Assembly: GCF_013167455.1 (NCBI RefSeq)
Contig: NZ_CP038328.1
From: Escherichia coli O157:H7
Lineage (GTDB): Bacteria; Pseudomonadota; Gammaproteobacteria; Enterobacterales; Enterobacteriaceae
Length of the DNA stretch: 64,000 bases
Direction: 5' to 3' (one strand)
Each line of letters begins with the position of its first letter. The first letter of the stretch is position 1. Both the position numbers and the translations under genes were made by a program. Shown one piece after another: positions 25,769 through 38,276 of the stretch. Below the pieces are notes generated by a model. It made no database searches. It was given only the letters and a program-made list of their open reading frames with translations, and had not been told where the DNA came from.

Positions 25769-26704
25769 TTAAACGTTAAACACGGTGAAATCATTCGCTA
25801 GTTCAGTCGCCGGGAAAATTGACCTGCATTCACGTAACAGGTGCTGACAACCTTTGTCATCATAGCGCGAGCTGACGTGGGTAATGATTAGCTTACCGAC
25901 TCCAGCCTCACGGGCCAGTGTCGCAGCCTGGCGTGTAGAGCTATGACCGCGACTATTGGCTTTGGCTTCCATGGTTATATCCAGCGTCGCTTCGTGCACC
26001 ATGACATCGACACCTTTAGCCAGGTCAAGTGCGGCATCGCAGGGGCCGGTATCGCCGAAAATAGCGAGCGCTTTACCTGGCACTGGAGCAGCTAAGTAAT
26101 CTGCGCCGTTAATCTGCCTTCCATCTTCCAGCATGATTGTTTTGCCCGCTTTTAATTCCTGAAACAGTGGGCTAGGCGGTACGCCAGCAGCTTTTAATGC
26201 CTGGGCATTTAATGCACCCGGTTTATCATGTTCTTCAATACGATAGCCATAGCATTCCAGTGGGTGTTCCATTGGATAAGCGGTCACTTTGCGCAGGCCA
26301 TCATCGAGAATTTCGCCAGCGCCAATTTCGACAATTTCCAGCGGATAATCGGTCCATGAGCCGCTAATCCGCAGCGCGGTCTCCACAAATTCACGGATAC
26401 CTTGCGGACCATAAATCGTTAAGGGTTGGATAATGCCTGACATAGAACGACTGCACAGCAAGCCGGGTAAACCAAAAAGATGATCGCCATGAAGGTGACT
26501 GATAAAAATCTTGTCCAGTTTTCCAGGGTTAAAGGCGGTATGCAGTAGCTGATGCTGGGTGCCTTCACCGCAGTCAAACAACCAAAGTCCGCTCTGGGTC
26601 GGATGTTGCAGGTTTAGCAATATTGCCGTGACATTGCGCGTGCGGGTTGGCACACCGGCCGAAGTACCTAAAAAAATTAATTCCATGAGTTCATCACGTT
26701 TCAA
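25769..26704 (-). CDS. rbn: ribonuclease BN / RNase Z
   Basis: 311-aa ORF (annotated start probably the ATG at 26686, 305 aa); metallo-beta-lactamase motif HLHGDH. Confidence 0.9.
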   Translation of the reverse strand: MKRDELMELIFLGTSAGVPTRTRNVTAILLNLQHPTQSGLWLFDCGEGTQHQLLHTAFNPGKLDKIFISHLHGDHLFGLPGLLCSRSMSGIIQPLTIYGPQGIREFVETALRISGSWTDYPLEIVEIGAGEILDDGLRKVTAYPMEHPLECYGYRIEEHDKPGALNAQALKAAGVPPSPLFQELKAGKTIMLEDGRQINGADYLAAPVPGKALAIFGDTGPCDAALDLAKGVDVMVHEATLDITMEAKANSRGHSSTRQAATLAREAGVGKLIITHVSSRYDDKGCQHLLRECRSIFPATELANDFTVFNV

Positions 26705-26750
26705 AAAATATTCCGGCTAGTATAAGGCATACATCTAAAAGGAGAGCATT

Positions 26751-27212
26751 ATGATTGAATGGCAAGATCTGCATCACTCTGAATTATCGGTTTCCCAGCT
26801 TTATGCCTTATTACAACTGCGTTGCGCGGTGTTTGTTGTCGAGCAAAATTGCCCTTATCAGGATATCGATGGTGATGATTTGACGGGGGATAATCGCCAT
26901 ATTCTCGGTTGGAAAAATGATGAACTGGTGGCATATGCGAGGATTCTGAAAAGTGATGATGATCTTGAGCCGGTCGTTATTGGTCGGGTGATTGTCAGTG
27001 AAGCGTTGCGTGGCGAAAAAGTGGGGCAGCAACTGATGAGTAAAACCCTCGACACTTGCACGCATCACTGGCCTGATAAGCCTGTCTACCTCGGGGCGCA
27101 GGCGCATCTGCAAAACTTCTACCAGAGTTTCGGTTTTATCCCTGTGACGGAGATCTATGAAGAAGATGGTATCCCACACATTGGGATGGCACGCGAGGTA
27201 ATTCAGGCGTAA
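26751..27212 (+). CDS. elaA: GNAT-family N-acetyltransferase ElaA
   Basis: 153-aa ORF, acetyltransferase fold motifs (RGEKVGQQLM). Confidence 0.9.
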   Translation: MIEWQDLHHSELSVSQLYALLQLRCAVFVVEQNCPYQDIDGDDLTGDNRHILGWKNDELVAYARILKSDDDLEPVVIGRVIVSEALRGEKVGQQLMSKTLDTCTHHWPDKPVYLGAQAHLQNFYQSFGFIPVTEIYEEDGIPHIGMAREVIQA

Positions 27213-27266
27213 TCAATAACCCTTGTCTATAGTTAGTGACAGGTTTTACGCAAATGGAGAACGAGA

Positions 27267-27572
27267 ATGTCTAATCAGTTTGGTGATACACGTATCGATG
27301 ACGACCTGACGCTGCTTAGTGAAACACTGGAAGAGGTGCTCCGCTCCTCTGGCGATCCCGCCGATCAGAAATATGTTGAGCTGAAAGCGCGTGCAGAAAA
27401 AGCGCTGGATGATGTGAAAAAACGGGTTAGCCAGGCTTCAGACAGTTATTACTATCGGGCGAAGCAGGCTGTTTATCGTGCTGATGACTACGTCCACGAA
27501 AAACCCTGGCAGGGAATTGGTGTGGGTGCGGCCGTTGGGCTGGTACTAGGACTGTTGCTGGCACGCCGTTAA
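27267..27572 (+). CDS. elaB: ribosome-associated tail-anchored membrane protein ElaB
   Basis: 101-aa ORF with C-terminal hydrophobic anchor (GVGAAVGLVLGLLLARR). Confidence 0.9.
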   Translation: MSNQFGDTRIDDDLTLLSETLEEVLRSSGDPADQKYVELKARAEKALDDVKKRVSQASDSYYYRAKQAVYRADDYVHEKPWQGIGVGAAVGLVLGLLLARR

Positions 27573-27585
27573 AACCTCCCTACAC

Positions 27586-27616
27586 CGGGGTACTGCATTT
27601 TTTTTGTAGTACCCCG
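27586..27616 (+). terminator. stem-loop after elaB (9-bp stem, T-rich loop)
   Basis: cggggtact/agtaccccg stem with T-run inside the loop; followed at 27617-27622 by tataat upstream of menF. Confidence 0.4.
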
Positions 27617-27650
27617 TATAATGTGAGGCTTTTAACAGGGAGAGGTCCGC

Positions 27651-28946
27651 GTGCAATCACTTACTACGGCGCTGGAAAATCTACTGCGCCATTTGTCGCA
27701 AGAGATTCCGGCGACACCCGGCATTCGGGTTATCGATATTCCTTTCCCTCTCAAAGACGCTTTTGATGCCTTGAGCTGGCTGGCCAGTCAGCAAACGTAC
27801 CCGCAATTCTACTGGCAACAACGTAATGGTGATGAAGAAGCTGCCGTCCTGGGCGCGATTACCCGTTTTACGTCGTTGGACCAGGCACAACGTTTTCTTC
27901 GCCAGCACCCGGAACACGCCGACTTACGCATTTGGGGGCTGAATGCGTTTGACCCGTCGCAGGGCAATTTACTTTTACCACGCCTGGAATGGCGACGCTG
28001 TGGCGGTAAAGCCACGCTGCGGCTGACGCTATTCAGCGAAAGCTCCCTTCAGCACGATGCGATTAAGGCAAGAGAATTTATCGCCACACTGGTGAGTATC
28101 AAGCCCTTGCCTGGGTTACATTTAACCACTACGCGAGAACAACACTGGCCGGACAAAACGGGCTGGACGCAATTAATCGAACTGGCAACGAAAACCATCG
28201 CCGAAGGTGAGCTCGACAAAGTGGTGCTTGCTCGGGCAACTGACCTGCATTTCGCAAGTCCGGTCAATGCGGCGGCGATGATGGCTGCCAGTCGTCGACT
28301 GAATCTCAATTGCTACCATTTTTACATGGCCTTTGATGGCGAAAATGCTTTTCTTGGCTCTTCACCGGAACGGTTATGGCGGCGGCGTGACAAAGCGCTG
28401 CGTACTGAAGCGCTGGCGGGAACAGTAGCAAATCATCCTGATGATAAGCAGGCGCAGCAGTTAGGAGAGTGGCTGATGGCGGATGATAAAAACCAGCGCG
28501 AGAACATGCTGGTGGTGGAAGATATCTGCCAACGATTACAGGCCGATACCCAGACGCTGGATGTTTTACCGCCGCAGGTACTGCGTCTGCGTAAAGTGCA
28601 GCATCTTCGCCGCTGTATCTGGACTTCACTCAACAAAGCGGATGATGTGATCTGTTTACATCAGTTGCAGCCAACGGCAGCAGTTGCTGGCTTACCGCGC
28701 GATCTGGCGCGACAGTTTATCGCCCATCACGAACCGTTCACCCGAGAATGGTACGCCGGTTCTGCGGGCTATCTCTCATTACAACAAAGCGAATTCTGCG
28801 TTTCCCTGCGCTCAGCAAAAATCAGCGGCAATGTCGTGCGGCTATATGCTGGCGCGGGCATTGTCCGTGGTTCCGACCCCGAGCAAGAGTGGCAGGAAAT
28901 CGACAACAAAGCGGCAGGGCTGCGTACTTTATTACAAATGGAATAG
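27651..28946 (+). CDS. menF: isochorismate synthase MenF
   Basis: 431-aa ORF, GTG start; chorismate-binding family. Confidence 0.9.
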   Translation: MQSLTTALENLLRHLSQEIPATPGIRVIDIPFPLKDAFDALSWLASQQTYPQFYWQQRNGDEEAAVLGAITRFTSLDQAQRFLRQHPEHADLRIWGLNAFDPSQGNLLLPRLEWRRCGGKATLRLTLFSESSLQHDAIKAREFIATLVSIKPLPGLHLTTTREQHWPDKTGWTQLIELATKTIAEGELDKVVLARATDLHFASPVNAAAMMAASRRLNLNCYHFYMAFDGENAFLGSSPERLWRRRDKALRTEALAGTVANHPDDKQAQQLGEWLMADDKNQRENMLVVEDICQRLQADTQTLDVLPPQVLRLRKVQHLRRCIWTSLNKADDVICLHQLQPTAAVAGLPRDLARQFIAHHEPFTREWYAGSAGYLSLQQSEFCVSLRSAKISGNVVRLYAGAGIVRGSDPEQEWQEIDNKAAGLRTLLQME

Positions 28947-29034
28947 TAATGAGTCGCATCATTACCGATTCATATCAATAATCTATTTTTGTAGCTCCTT
29001 ATACTTAGCCGCAATATTGATACCGGACAAACTC

Positions 29035-30705
29035 ATGTCAGTAAGCGCATTTAACCGACGCTGGGCGGCGGTCATTCTGGAAGCATTAACGCGTCACGGC
29101 GTAAGACACATCTGCATCGCCCCTGGCTCGCGTTCTACACCGTTAACGTTAGCGGCGGCGGAGAATTCCGCATTCATTCACCACACCCATTTCGATGAGC
29201 GTGGACTGGGGCATCTGGCGCTGGGGCTGGCGAAAGTCAGCAAGCAGCCGGTGGCGGTGATTGTGACCTCCGGCACGGCGGTAGCAAATCTCTATCCGGC
29301 ACTGATTGAAGCTGGGTTAACCGGAGAAAAACTGATCCTGTTAACCGCCGATCGCCCGCCGGAGCTAATTGACTGCGGCGCGAATCAGGCGATTCGTCAG
29401 CCGGGAATGTTCGCCTCTCACCCCACGCACAGTATTTCACTGCCGCGCCCGACCCAGGATATCCCCGCACGTTGGCTGGTTTCTACCATCGACCATGCTC
29501 TCGGTACGCTTCATGCTGGTGGGGTCCATATCAACTGCCCGTTTGCTGAACCGCTGTATGGCGAGATGGACGACACTGGGCTTAGCTGGCAACAGCGTCT
29601 GGGTGACTGGTGGCAGGATGATAAGCCGTGGCTGCGTGAAGCGCCTCGTCTTGAGAGCGAAAAACAGCGCGACTGGTTCTTCTGGCGGCAAAAGCGCGGC
29701 GTGGTGGTTGCCGGGCGCATGAGTGCGGAAGAGGGCAAAAAAGTTGCCCTGTGGGCGCAAACTCTTGGCTGGCCGCTGATTGGCGACGTGCTGTCGCAAA
29801 CCGGACAGCCGCTGCCGTGTGCCGATCTCTGGTTAGGCAATGCCAAAGCGACCAGCGAACTGCAACAGGCGCAAATTGTGGTGCAACTGGGAAGCAGCCT
29901 GACGGGCAAACGGCTCCTGCAATGGCAGGCAAGCTGTGAACCCGAAGAGTACTGGATTGTGGATGACATCGAAGGGCGGCTTGATCCGGCACACCATCGT
30001 GGACGCCGCTTAATTGCCAATATTGCCGACTGGCTGGAACTGCATCCGGCAGAAAAACGCCAGCCCTGGTGCGTTGAAATCCCGCGCCTGGCGGAACAGG
30101 CAATGCAGGCGGTTATTGCCTGTCGCGATGCGTTTGGCGAAGCGCAACTGGCGCATCGCATCAGCGACTATCTGCCTGAACAGGGGCAATTGTTTGTCGG
30201 TAACAGCCTGGTGGTACGTCTGATTGATGCGCTTTCGCAACTTCCGGCAGGTTACCCGGTGTACAGCAACCGTGGGGCCAGCGGTATCGACGGGCTGCTC
30301 TCGACTGCCGCCGGCGTTCAGCGGGCAAGCGGCAAACCGACGCTGGCGATTGTGGGCGATCTCTCCGCACTTTACGACCTGAATGCGCTGGCGTTATTGC
30401 GCCAGGTTTCCGCGCCGCTGGTATTAATTGTGGTGAACAACAACGGCGGGCAAATTTTCTCGCTGCTGCCAACGCCGAAAAGCGAGCGCGAGCGTTTCTA
30501 TCTGATGCCGCAAAACGTCCATTTTGAGCACGCTGCCGCGATGTTTGAGCTGAAATATCATCGTCCGCAAAACTGGCAGGAACTTGAAACGGTACTTGCC
30601 GACGCCTGGCGTACTCCGACCACCACGGTAATTGAAATGGTGGTTAACGACACCGACGGCGCGCAAACGCTCCAGCAGCTGCTGGCGCAGGTAAGCCATT
30701 TATGA
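29035..30705 (+). CDS. menD: SEPHCHC synthase MenD (ThDP-dependent)
   Basis: ATG at 29035 within longer ORF 28684..30705; [16 protein letters not shown]... 556 aa. Confidence 0.9.
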   Translation: MSVSAFNRRWAAVILEALTRHGVRHICIAPGSRSTPLTLAAAENSAFIHHTHFDERGLGHLALGLAKVSKQPVAVIVTSGTAVANLYPALIEAGLTGEKLILLTADRPPELIDCGANQAIRQPGMFASHPTHSISLPRPTQDIPARWLVSTIDHALGTLHAGGVHINCPFAEPLYGEMDDTGLSWQQRLGDWWQDDKPWLREAPRLESEKQRDWFFWRQKRGVVVAGRMSAEEGKKVALWAQTLGWPLIGDVLSQTGQPLPCADLWLGNAKATSELQQAQIVVQLGSSLTGKRLLQWQASCEPEEYWIVDDIEGRLDPAHHRGRRLIANIADWLELHPAEKRQPWCVEIPRLAEQAMQAVIACRDAFGEAQLAHRISDYLPEQGQLFVGNSLVVRLIDALSQLPAGYPVYSNRGASGIDGLLSTAAGVQRASGKPTLAIVGDLSALYDLNALALLRQVSAPLVLIVVNNNGGQIFSLLPTPKSERERFYLMPQNVHFEHAAAMFELKYHRPQNWQELETVLADAWRTPTTTVIEMVVNDTDGAQTLQQLLAQVSHL

Positions 30706-31460
30706 TCCTGCACGCGCAGGCAAAACACGGCAAACCAGGTTTACCCTGGCTGGTGTTTTTGCACGGTTTTTCCGGCGATTGCCTCGAATGGCAGGAAGTC
30801 GGCGAGGCGTTTGCCGACTACTCACGGTTGTATGTTGATCTCCCAGGTCACGGTGGTTCGGCGGCGATTAGCGTCGATGGATTTGATGATGTCACCGACT
30901 TACTGCGTAAAACCCTGGTTAGTTACAACATCCTTAGCTTCTGGCTGGTGGGGTACTCGCTTGGCGGACGGGTGGCGATGATGGCCGCTTGCCAGGGGCT
31001 GGCGGGGCTTTGTGGGGTTGTTGTCGAAGGCGGTCATCCGGGGCTGCAAAATGCTGAACAACGCGCGGAACGTCAGCGTTCCGATCGCCAATGGGCGCAG
31101 CGTTTTCGTTCCGAACCATTAACCGCGGTATTTGCCGACTGGTATCAACAGCCTGTTTTTGCCTCGCTCAATGACGATCAACGCCGGGAGCTGGTGGTGC
31201 TGCGCAGCAACAATAATGGCGCAACCCTTGCCGCCATGCTGGAGGCGACTTCTCTCGCCGTCCAGCCTGATTTACGTGCTAACCTTAGCGCCCGCACATT
31301 TGCGTTTTATTATTTATGTGGTGAACGTGACAGCAAATTCCGCGCCCTGGCGGCGGAACTGGCTGCCGACTGCCATGTCATTCCTCGCGCCGGACATAAC
31401 GCGCATCGGGAAAATCCCGCTGGCGTAATCGCAAGTCTGGCGCAGATCTTGCGTTTCTGA
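30702..31460 (+). CDS. menH: SHCHC synthase MenH (alpha/beta hydrolase)
   Basis: 252-aa ORF; GYSLGGR nucleophile elbow; overlaps menD stop. Confidence 0.9.
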   Translation: MILHAQAKHGKPGLPWLVFLHGFSGDCLEWQEVGEAFADYSRLYVDLPGHGGSAAISVDGFDDVTDLLRKTLVSYNILSFWLVGYSLGGRVAMMAACQGLAGLCGVVVEGGHPGLQNAEQRAERQRSDRQWAQRFRSEPLTAVFADWYQQPVFASLNDDQRRELVVLRSNNNGATLAAMLEATSLAVQPDLRANLSARTFAFYYLCGERDSKFRALAAELAADCHVIPRAGHNAHRENPAGVIASLAQILRF

Positions 31461-31474
31461 CTAAAGGACACAAT

Positions 31475-32332
31475 ATGATTTATCCTGATGAAGCAATGCT
31501 TTACGCACCGGTTGAATGGCACGACTGCTCCGAAGGCTTTGAGGACATTCGTTATGAAAAATCCACCGACGGTATCGCAAAAATCACCATTAATCGTCCG
31601 CAGGTGCGCAATGCCTTCCGTCCTCTGACGGTAAAAGAGATGATCCAGGCACTGGCAGATGCGCGTTATGACGATAACGTCGGCGTGATCATTCTGACTG
31701 GCGCAGGCGATAAAGCGTTCTGCTCCGGTGGTGACCAGAAAGTGCGTGGTGATTACGGCGGCTATAAAGATGATTCCGGCGTACATCACCTGAACGTGCT
31801 GGACTTCCAGCGTCAGATCCGTACCTGTCCGAAACCGGTTGTCGCGATGGTGGCTGGCTATTCCATCGGCGGTGGTCACGTTCTGCACATGATGTGCGAC
31901 CTGACTATCGCGGCAGATAATGCCATCTTCGGTCAGACTGGCCCGAAAGTCGGTTCCTTCGACGGCGGCTGGGGCGCTTCCTACATGGCTCGTATCGTCG
32001 GGCAGAAAAAAGCGCGTGAAATCTGGTTCCTGTGCCGTCAGTACGACGCAAAACAGGCGCTGGATATGGGCCTTGTCAACACCGTGGTACCGCTGGCGGA
32101 TCTGGAAAAAGAAACCGTTCGCTGGTGCCGTGAAATGCTGCAAAACAGTCCGATGGCGCTGCGCTGCCTGAAAGCTGCACTGAACGCCGACTGTGACGGT
32201 CAGGCAGGTCTGCAGGAGCTGGCGGGCAACGCCACCATGCTGTTCTACATGACGGAAGAAGGTCAGGAAGGTCGCAACGCCTTCAACCAGAAACGTCAGC
32301 CTGACTTCAGCAAATTCAAACGGAATCCGTAA
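31475..32332 (+). CDS. menB: 1,4-dihydroxy-2-naphthoyl-CoA synthase MenB
   Basis: 285-aa crotonase-fold ORF. Confidence 0.9.
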   Translation: MIYPDEAMLYAPVEWHDCSEGFEDIRYEKSTDGIAKITINRPQVRNAFRPLTVKEMIQALADARYDDNVGVIILTGAGDKAFCSGGDQKVRGDYGGYKDDSGVHHLNVLDFQRQIRTCPKPVVAMVAGYSIGGGHVLHMMCDLTIAADNAIFGQTGPKVGSFDGGWGASYMARIVGQKKAREIWFLCRQYDAKQALDMGLVNTVVPLADLEKETVRWCREMLQNSPMALRCLKAALNADCDGQAGLQELAGNATMLFYMTEEGQEGRNAFNQKRQPDFSKFKRNP

Positions 32333-33294
32333 TGCGTAGCGCGCAGGTATACCGCTGGCAGATCCCCATGGACGCGGGGGTGGTTCTGCGCGACAGGCGG
32401 TTAAAAACCCGCGACGGGCTGTACGTTTGCCTGCGTGAGGGCGAGCGCGAAGGGTGGGGGGAGATCTCCCCACTGCCGGGCTTCAGTCAGGAAACCTGGG
32501 AAGAGGCGCAAAGTGTGCTGCTTGCCTGGGTAAATAACTGGCTGGCAGGCGATTGCGAATTACCGCAGATGCCTTCCGTTGCCTTTGGCGTAAGTTGTGC
32601 ATTGGCGGAGCTGGCAGATACGCTCCCGCAGGCGGCCAATTACCGTACGGCACCACTGTGTAATGGCGATCCGGACGATCTGATCCTCAAACTTGCAGAT
32701 ATGCCAGGCGAGAAAGTGGCGAAGGTCAAAGTGGGATTGTACGAAGCGGTGCGCGACGGCATGGTGGTGAATCTGTTGCTGGAGGCAATTCCGGATCTGC
32801 ATTTGCGTCTTGACGCAAATCGCGCCTGGACACCGCTGAAAGGTCAGCAGTTTGCCAAATACGTTAACCCGGATTATCGCCACCGCATCGCGTTTCTCGA
32901 AGAGCCGTGCAAAACCCGCGATGATTCGCGAGCGTTTGCCCGTGAAACCGGCATTGCCATTGCCTGGGATGAAAGCTTGCGCGAGCCGGATTTTGCCTTT
33001 GTGGCTGAAGAGGGCGTGCGCGCGGTAGTTATCAAACCCACGCTCACGGGCAGTCTGGAGAAAGTTCGCGAGCAGGTACAGGCGGCGCACGCGCTGGGGC
33101 TGACGGCAGTGATCAGTTCTTCCATTGAATCGAGCTTAGGCTTAACGCAACTGGCGCGGATTGCTGCCTGGTTAACGCCGGACACCATTCCAGGGCTGGA
33201 CACGCTGGATCTAATGCAGGCGCAGCAGGTACGTCGCTGGCCGGGTAGCACGCTGCCTGTCGTGGAAGTTGATGCACTGGAGCGGTTGTTATGA
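32332..33294 (+). CDS. menC: o-succinylbenzoate synthase MenC
   Basis: 320-aa enolase-superfamily ORF. Confidence 0.9.
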   Translation: MRSAQVYRWQIPMDAGVVLRDRRLKTRDGLYVCLREGEREGWGEISPLPGFSQETWEEAQSVLLAWVNNWLAGDCELPQMPSVAFGVSCALAELADTLPQAANYRTAPLCNGDPDDLILKLADMPGEKVAKVKVGLYEAVRDGMVVNLLLEAIPDLHLRLDANRAWTPLKGQQFAKYVNPDYRHRIAFLEEPCKTRDDSRAFARETGIAIAWDESLREPDFAFVAEEGVRAVVIKPTLTGSLEKVREQVQAAHALGLTAVISSSIESSLGLTQLARIAAWLTPDTIPGLDTLDLMQAQQVRRWPGSTLPVVEVDALERLL

Positions 33295-34646
33295 TCTTCT
33301 CTGACTGGCCGTGGCGTCACTGGCGGCAAGTGCGGGGAGAAGCCATCGCCTTACGTCTTAATGACGAGCAACTCAACTGGCGCGAGCTTTGTGCTCGCGT
33401 CGATGAATTAGCCTCCGGATTTGCGGTGCAGGGTGTGGTTGAGGACAGCGGCGTGATGTTGCGGGCGTGGAATACGCCGCAAACGCTGCTCGCTTGGCTG
33501 GCGTTACTGCAATGCGGGGCGCGGGTGTTGCCCGTGAACCCTCAGCTGCCGCAACCGTTGCTTGAAGAATTGCTGCCCAATCTGACGCTGCAATTTGCGC
33601 TGGTGCCGGATGGGGAAAACACGTTTCCGGCATTAACGTCGCTGCACATTCAGCGGGTTGAAGGCGCACATGTCGCTACGTGGCAGCCGACGCGTCTGTG
33701 CTCAATGACGTTGACCTCGGGTTCTACCGGGTTGCCGAAAGCCGCTGTCCATACTTATCAGGCCCATCTTGCCAGTGCCGAAGGGGTGTTATCGCTGATT
33801 CCGTTTGGCGATCACGATGACTGGTTGCTCTCTTTACCGCTGTTTCACGTCTCCGGTCAGGGAATTATGTGGCGCTGGTTATACGCTGGTGCGCGGATGA
33901 CGGTGCGTGATAAACAGCCATTGGAGCAAATGCTGGCAGGCTGTACTCACGCTTCACTGGTGCCAACACAACTCTGGCGTTTGCTGGTTAACCGCAGTTC
34001 CGTTTCCCTGAAAGCGGTGTTACTTGGCGGCGCGGCTATCCCGGTCGAGTTGACGGAACAGGCGCGCGAGCAGGGGATTCGTTGCTTTTGCGGCTATGGT
34101 CTGACCGAGTTTGCCTCCACGGTGTGTGCGAAAGAAGCCGACGGCCTGGCAGACGTTGGTTCGCCGCTGCCGGGTCGGGAAGTGAAAATCGTTAATAATG
34201 AAGTGTGGCTGCGGGCTGCCAGTATGGCAGAAGGTTACTGGCGTAACGGGCAACTGGTTTCACTGGTTAATGACGAAGGCTGGTACGCTACGCGCGATCG
34301 CGGTGAGATGCATAATGGCAAGCTGACCATTGTCGGACGTTTAGACAATCTATTCTTCAGTGGCGGAGAGGGTATTCAGACGGAAGAAGTCGAGCGCGTA
34401 ATTGCTGCACATCCTGCGGTTTTGCAGGTGTTTATCGTCCCCGTTGCCGACAAGGAGTTTGGTCATCGACCGGTGGCGGTGATGGAGTATGACCACGAGA
34501 GCGTTGATCTTAGTGAATGGGTGAAAGATAAGCTGGCCCGTTTTCAGCAACCGGTACGTTGGCTGACTTTGCCGCCGGAGCTGAAAAACGGCGGTATTAA
34601 AATTTCACGTCAGGCGCTAAAAGAGTGGGTGCAACGTCAGCAATAA
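33291..34646 (+). CDS. menE: o-succinylbenzoate-CoA ligase MenE
   Basis: 451-aa adenylate-forming enzyme ([10 protein letters not shown] motif). Confidence 0.9.
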   Translation: MIFSDWPWRHWRQVRGEAIALRLNDEQLNWRELCARVDELASGFAVQGVVEDSGVMLRAWNTPQTLLAWLALLQCGARVLPVNPQLPQPLLEELLPNLTLQFALVPDGENTFPALTSLHIQRVEGAHVATWQPTRLCSMTLTSGSTGLPKAAVHTYQAHLASAEGVLSLIPFGDHDDWLLSLPLFHVSGQGIMWRWLYAGARMTVRDKQPLEQMLAGCTHASLVPTQLWRLLVNRSSVSLKAVLLGGAAIPVELTEQAREQGIRCFCGYGLTEFASTVCAKEADGLADVGSPLPGREVKIVNNEVWLRAASMAEGYWRNGQLVSLVNDEGWYATRDRGEMHNGKLTIVGRLDNLFFSGGEGIQTEEVERVIAAHPAVLQVFIVPVADKEFGHRPVAVMEYDHESVDLSEWVKDKLARFQQPVRWLTLPPELKNGGIKISRQALKEWVQRQQ

Positions 34647-34755
34647 TTAACCCTCCGTTTCACTTCTCAGTTCTGCCATTCCATTGCCGTTGATAAAGAG
34701 TTTATCTGTTAATCTGTAAATTGATATGAAAACTCTTAGCAAACAGGATAATACA

Positions 34756-35022
34756 ATGGAATGGCTGGTCAAAAAATCGTGCTGCAATAAACAAGATAAC
34801 AGACATGTACTTATGCTCTGCGATGCTGGCGGCGCGATAAAAATGATCGCCGAAGTGAAGAGTGACTTCGCCGTGAAAGTGGGGGATTTACTCTCGCCTT
34901 TGCAGAATGCGCTTTATTGTATTAATCGTGAAAAGCTGCATACGGTGAAAGTCCTCTCTGCAAGCTGTTATAGCCCCGATGAGTGGGAACGGCAGTGTAA
35001 AGTGGCAGGGAAAACTCAGTAA
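34756..35022 (+). CDS. pmrD: signal transduction connector protein PmrD
   Basis: ATG at 34756 in ORF 34726..35022; [19 protein letters not shown]... 88 aa; 3' end overlaps convergent arnF. Confidence 0.85.
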   Translation: MEWLVKKSCCNKQDNRHVLMLCDAGGAIKMIAEVKSDFAVKVGDLLSPLQNALYCINREKLHTVKVLSASCYSPDEWERQCKVAGKTQ

Positions 35023-35402
35023 CGTTGTTTTGTCGTGGGCAGGAAAATCAGCATCAACCCGCTCATAATACAGGCTACTCCCAGTAGTGCTTTCAGCGAA
35101 AAAGTCCCTTCCCAGCCGGGAAGTACCATTGAAGCAATCCATACCAGCACATAACTCATACTGAGCAAGGCATAGGCTTTGCTTAGCGCAAGTTTATGTA
35201 GTGTTTTATACCAACAAAAAACGGAAAGCAGATAACCCAGCAGCCCGAGTAACAGTATCCGGGCATCCAGCCCAAAAGCTAACAGCGCCGCGATAAAATC
35301 CCATAAGTGCGTCATCGGCGGCAGATGACTCGCCGCAAAACCCAGGCTTAATTGCGCAACTGAGGCAATAATGACGCTGAATAATCCCCATATCAGGCCC
35401 AT
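35016..35402 (-). CDS. arnF: undecaprenyl-phosphate-L-Ara4N flippase subunit ArnF
   Basis: 128-aa membrane protein from internal Met of ORF 35016..35684. Confidence 0.85.
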   Translation of the reverse strand: MGLIWGLFSVIIASVAQLSLGFAASHLPPMTHLWDFIAALLAFGLDARILLLGLLGYLLSVFCWYKTLHKLALSKAYALLSMSYVLVWIASMVLPGWEGTFSLKALLGVACIMSGLMLIFLPTTKQRY

Positions 35403-35737
35403 TACACCGTACTCCCGAGGATCACAATGCCACCAATAATGAACGCCACCCCACACCAGTGACGCGGCGATACCGGTTCGTGCCACAGTTTTACTGCAGC
35501 CAGCGTCACCCAGACAAAATTCAGACTTAACATCGGGTAGGCAATACCTACCGGTACGTTCTGCAAGACCAGCAGCCAGAGCACCATGGCAAGACCAAGA
35601 CAAGCCAGCGCCAGTCCCAGCCACAGCACGATATGTTTGCGCCGTTTGCTTATCGCCACAAAGCAGGTTGCCTGTTTCTGACACAACTGCCCGGCAACGC
35701 TAAGCAAGCTGGCAAAGACTAATGTTAGCCAGATCAT
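35402..35737 (-). CDS. arnE: undecaprenyl-phosphate-L-Ara4N flippase subunit ArnE
   Basis: 111-aa membrane ORF. Confidence 0.85.
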
Positions 35738-37386
35738 TTGGGACGATACTGAATCAGCACCAGACGCTCCTGACGATCGATGGCATCTGCGGGCGGAATG
35801 GCGAGACTGTTGATATCTTCATCGCGGTCAACCGAAAGCACGAGTGTAATAATCCCCTCCTGACGATGTTGATTAAGCCAGTTTGCGAACTCATCACCGC
35901 TGACAAATCTCCCTTTCGCATCCGGATAATTAAGGCCGTATTTCAACTCACCTGTCTGGCGATACATGATGATGTCATCGCGTTGCAGACTCCATGCCAG
36001 ACCTGCGGCAACACCGACGCTATCAGTAAGAATATAGCGGCTTGGCTGAAGTGATTCTTGTGTCATCTCGACAAAAAATTGCGGATGTTTTCCTTCCATG
36101 ACTCTGTCAGGAATTGAAAATCCTACCAGCAACGCCAGCCCCAGCGGGCAAAGCGCGGCAAAAGACCAGGTCTTTTCGACGTTTGTTAAGGTGTACCAGC
36201 CGAAAAATGCCCATAGCGAAAAAATCGACCAGGCACAAAAGACTTTATAGCTCTCGAAGGTTTGCCACACCGGCGTGTTCATTGGTCCCCAGGGGGAGAC
36301 CACAAATGTGGCAATAATGCCAGTGACGCCAAAAGCGATGTTAATCCAGCCATTAATCCGCAGCGCCAGAGGATTATTTTTTGCTGCCAGCAAAGCGTAA
36401 TGCGCCATCAGCATTGCCAAAGGTGCAAAGCAGGAAAGAATATAGGTGGGCAATTTACCCTTAGCAACGGAGAAAAACAGCAGCGGCATTATCGTCCAGC
36501 TCAACAAATAGACGGTTGCGGAATGCTTGCGGTTTTTCCAGCCTGTGTATAGTGCACCGGGGAGTAATCCCAGCCACGGCAGACTACCGGCAATGATGAC
36601 CGGCACGTAGTACCAGAACGGAGCTCTATGTTGGGCATCATCCAGTGCAAAGCGTTGAATATGCTCAACCCAGAAAAAATAGTGCCAGAAGTCAGGCTCC
36701 CGCTGCGCTATCGTCAGTCCCCAGGGGAGAACCGTCAGTACGCAACTGATGACCGCCAGCCAGCCGTAAATAAAGAGATCTTTCCAGCGTTTTTGCGTCG
36801 CTACCCATGGCAGCACGCTTAATACCGGCACGGCAAGGGCGAGAAAACCTTTGGTCATCACCCCCATGCCGCAGGTGATTCCCAGCAGTAAAAATCCTGC
36901 GCTTTTGCCTTTCCACGTCTGTGCCTGCATTGCCAGCCAGAAGCTGCACATTCCCGCCACCAGCCAGAAGGCAATAAACGGATCGAGCACGGCATAAGTG
37001 CCGATGGCATAGACAATAAACAATGAGAGATAAATTACTGTGGCGAGTAGAGCCAGACGTTTATCGCGCCATAAGCGCAGAGTAAACCAGGTCACCAGCG
37101 CGGCAGTTAACAGGGTCGCAAAGATAACGCCTGCCCGCACACCAAAGTTATTCGCGCCAAATAGCCATTGCCCAATGCTGTTAATCCAGTATCCGGCAAT
37201 GGGTTTTTCAAAATAACGTAGCCCTAACAGATGGGGCACAATCCAGTCGCCGGATGCCAGCATTTCTCGACTGATTTCCGCATAACGCGTTTCATCGGGT
37301 TGCCATAGCAGACGCGTGCTGATCGGTAACAGGTAATAGCAGGCAATAAACGCGAAGAGGCCGATAAGGTAACGTACCGATTTCAT
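35734..37386 (-). CDS. arnT: lipid A L-Ara4N transferase ArnT
   Basis: 550-aa polytopic membrane glycosyltransferase. Confidence 0.9.
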
Positions 37387-38276
37387 CAGCGACTACCCGC
37401 AATTTGTTGGCAACCCAGCCAGCCTTCACGTCCGGCAATATTTCCGCGAACAACTTGTCCGAGCGGCAACGTCTCTGATAACAGTTCGCTTAAAGGGCAA
37501 AATGTCACGCCTTCCTGAGCTGCGCGTTTGAGGAGATCCACAAAATTATGCTGATAAGCGCAGCCTTCAACTTCTGCATGAATGGTATAAACCGGCGTGC
37601 CTTTATCTCGCAGGATGCGGTTGAGTAACCAACCGTTAAAATCTTCTGCTTTCACATCCCGACCAATCACTTCATCCCAGGTGGGTAAGGTCACCGGAAT
37701 TTGCGCAGTGCCAGGGTTTCCTGATTCGAGCAGTGGACGGAACGGCATGGCCCCACGACAATCGCTGTTGTAGCGCAAATGGAACGCTTCTTTTGCTTCG
37801 ATCACCTGCTGGTCGGCACGCCAGCCCGCAGCGGCAGAACAGGTTACCGGTTGACCGATAATCTCTTCCAGAGTGCGAAGGCCGCGTGCAATATCGTCGA
37901 TCATTGTTTGCCGATCCCAGTTACCGCTACGGGCTTGCCAGGCATGGTGATCCCAGGCGTGCAGGCCGACTTCGTGATATTTAGCCGCTTCACGAATGAT
38001 ATCGGCATTGGCATGACCAATCTCTTTACCTGGCCAGGCCGTACCTGCCAGTAAAATATCCCAGCCATAAAGCGATGCCGCGTTTGAGCGCAGCATCTTC
38101 CACAAAAACTGTGGCTTCACCAGTCGCCAGAGATGGCGGCCCATATTGTCCGGGCCGACGCTGAAAAAAATGCTGGCCTGAATATTATGCTTACTCAAGA
38201 TTTCCAGCAGACGCGGCACGCCTTCACGGGTGCCACGAAAGGTATCGACATCAATGCGTAAGCCTACTTTGGTCAT
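37386..38276 (-). CDS. arnD: 4-deoxy-4-formamido-L-arabinose-phosphoundecaprenol deformylase ArnD
   Basis: 296-aa polysaccharide deacetylase-like ORF. Confidence 0.9.

Noticed and set aside
28684-30705. 673-aa ORF suggesting a much longer MenD overlapping the menF 3' end
   Set aside because: The upstream 117 codons overlap menF in another frame and do not resemble MenD; the ATG at 29035 with a proper RBS gives the expected 556-aa enzyme.
34647-34755. PhoP box upstream of pmrD
   Set aside because: Only a loose tctgt direct repeat (tctgttaatctgta); I could not match spacing and orientation to the (T/G)GTTTA-N5-(T/G)GTTTA consensus with confidence.
35016-35684. 222-aa ORF spanning arnF and part of arnE
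   Set aside because: Upstream extension of arnF in an alternate frame over arnE; arnF is the 128-aa protein from the internal Met at 35402.
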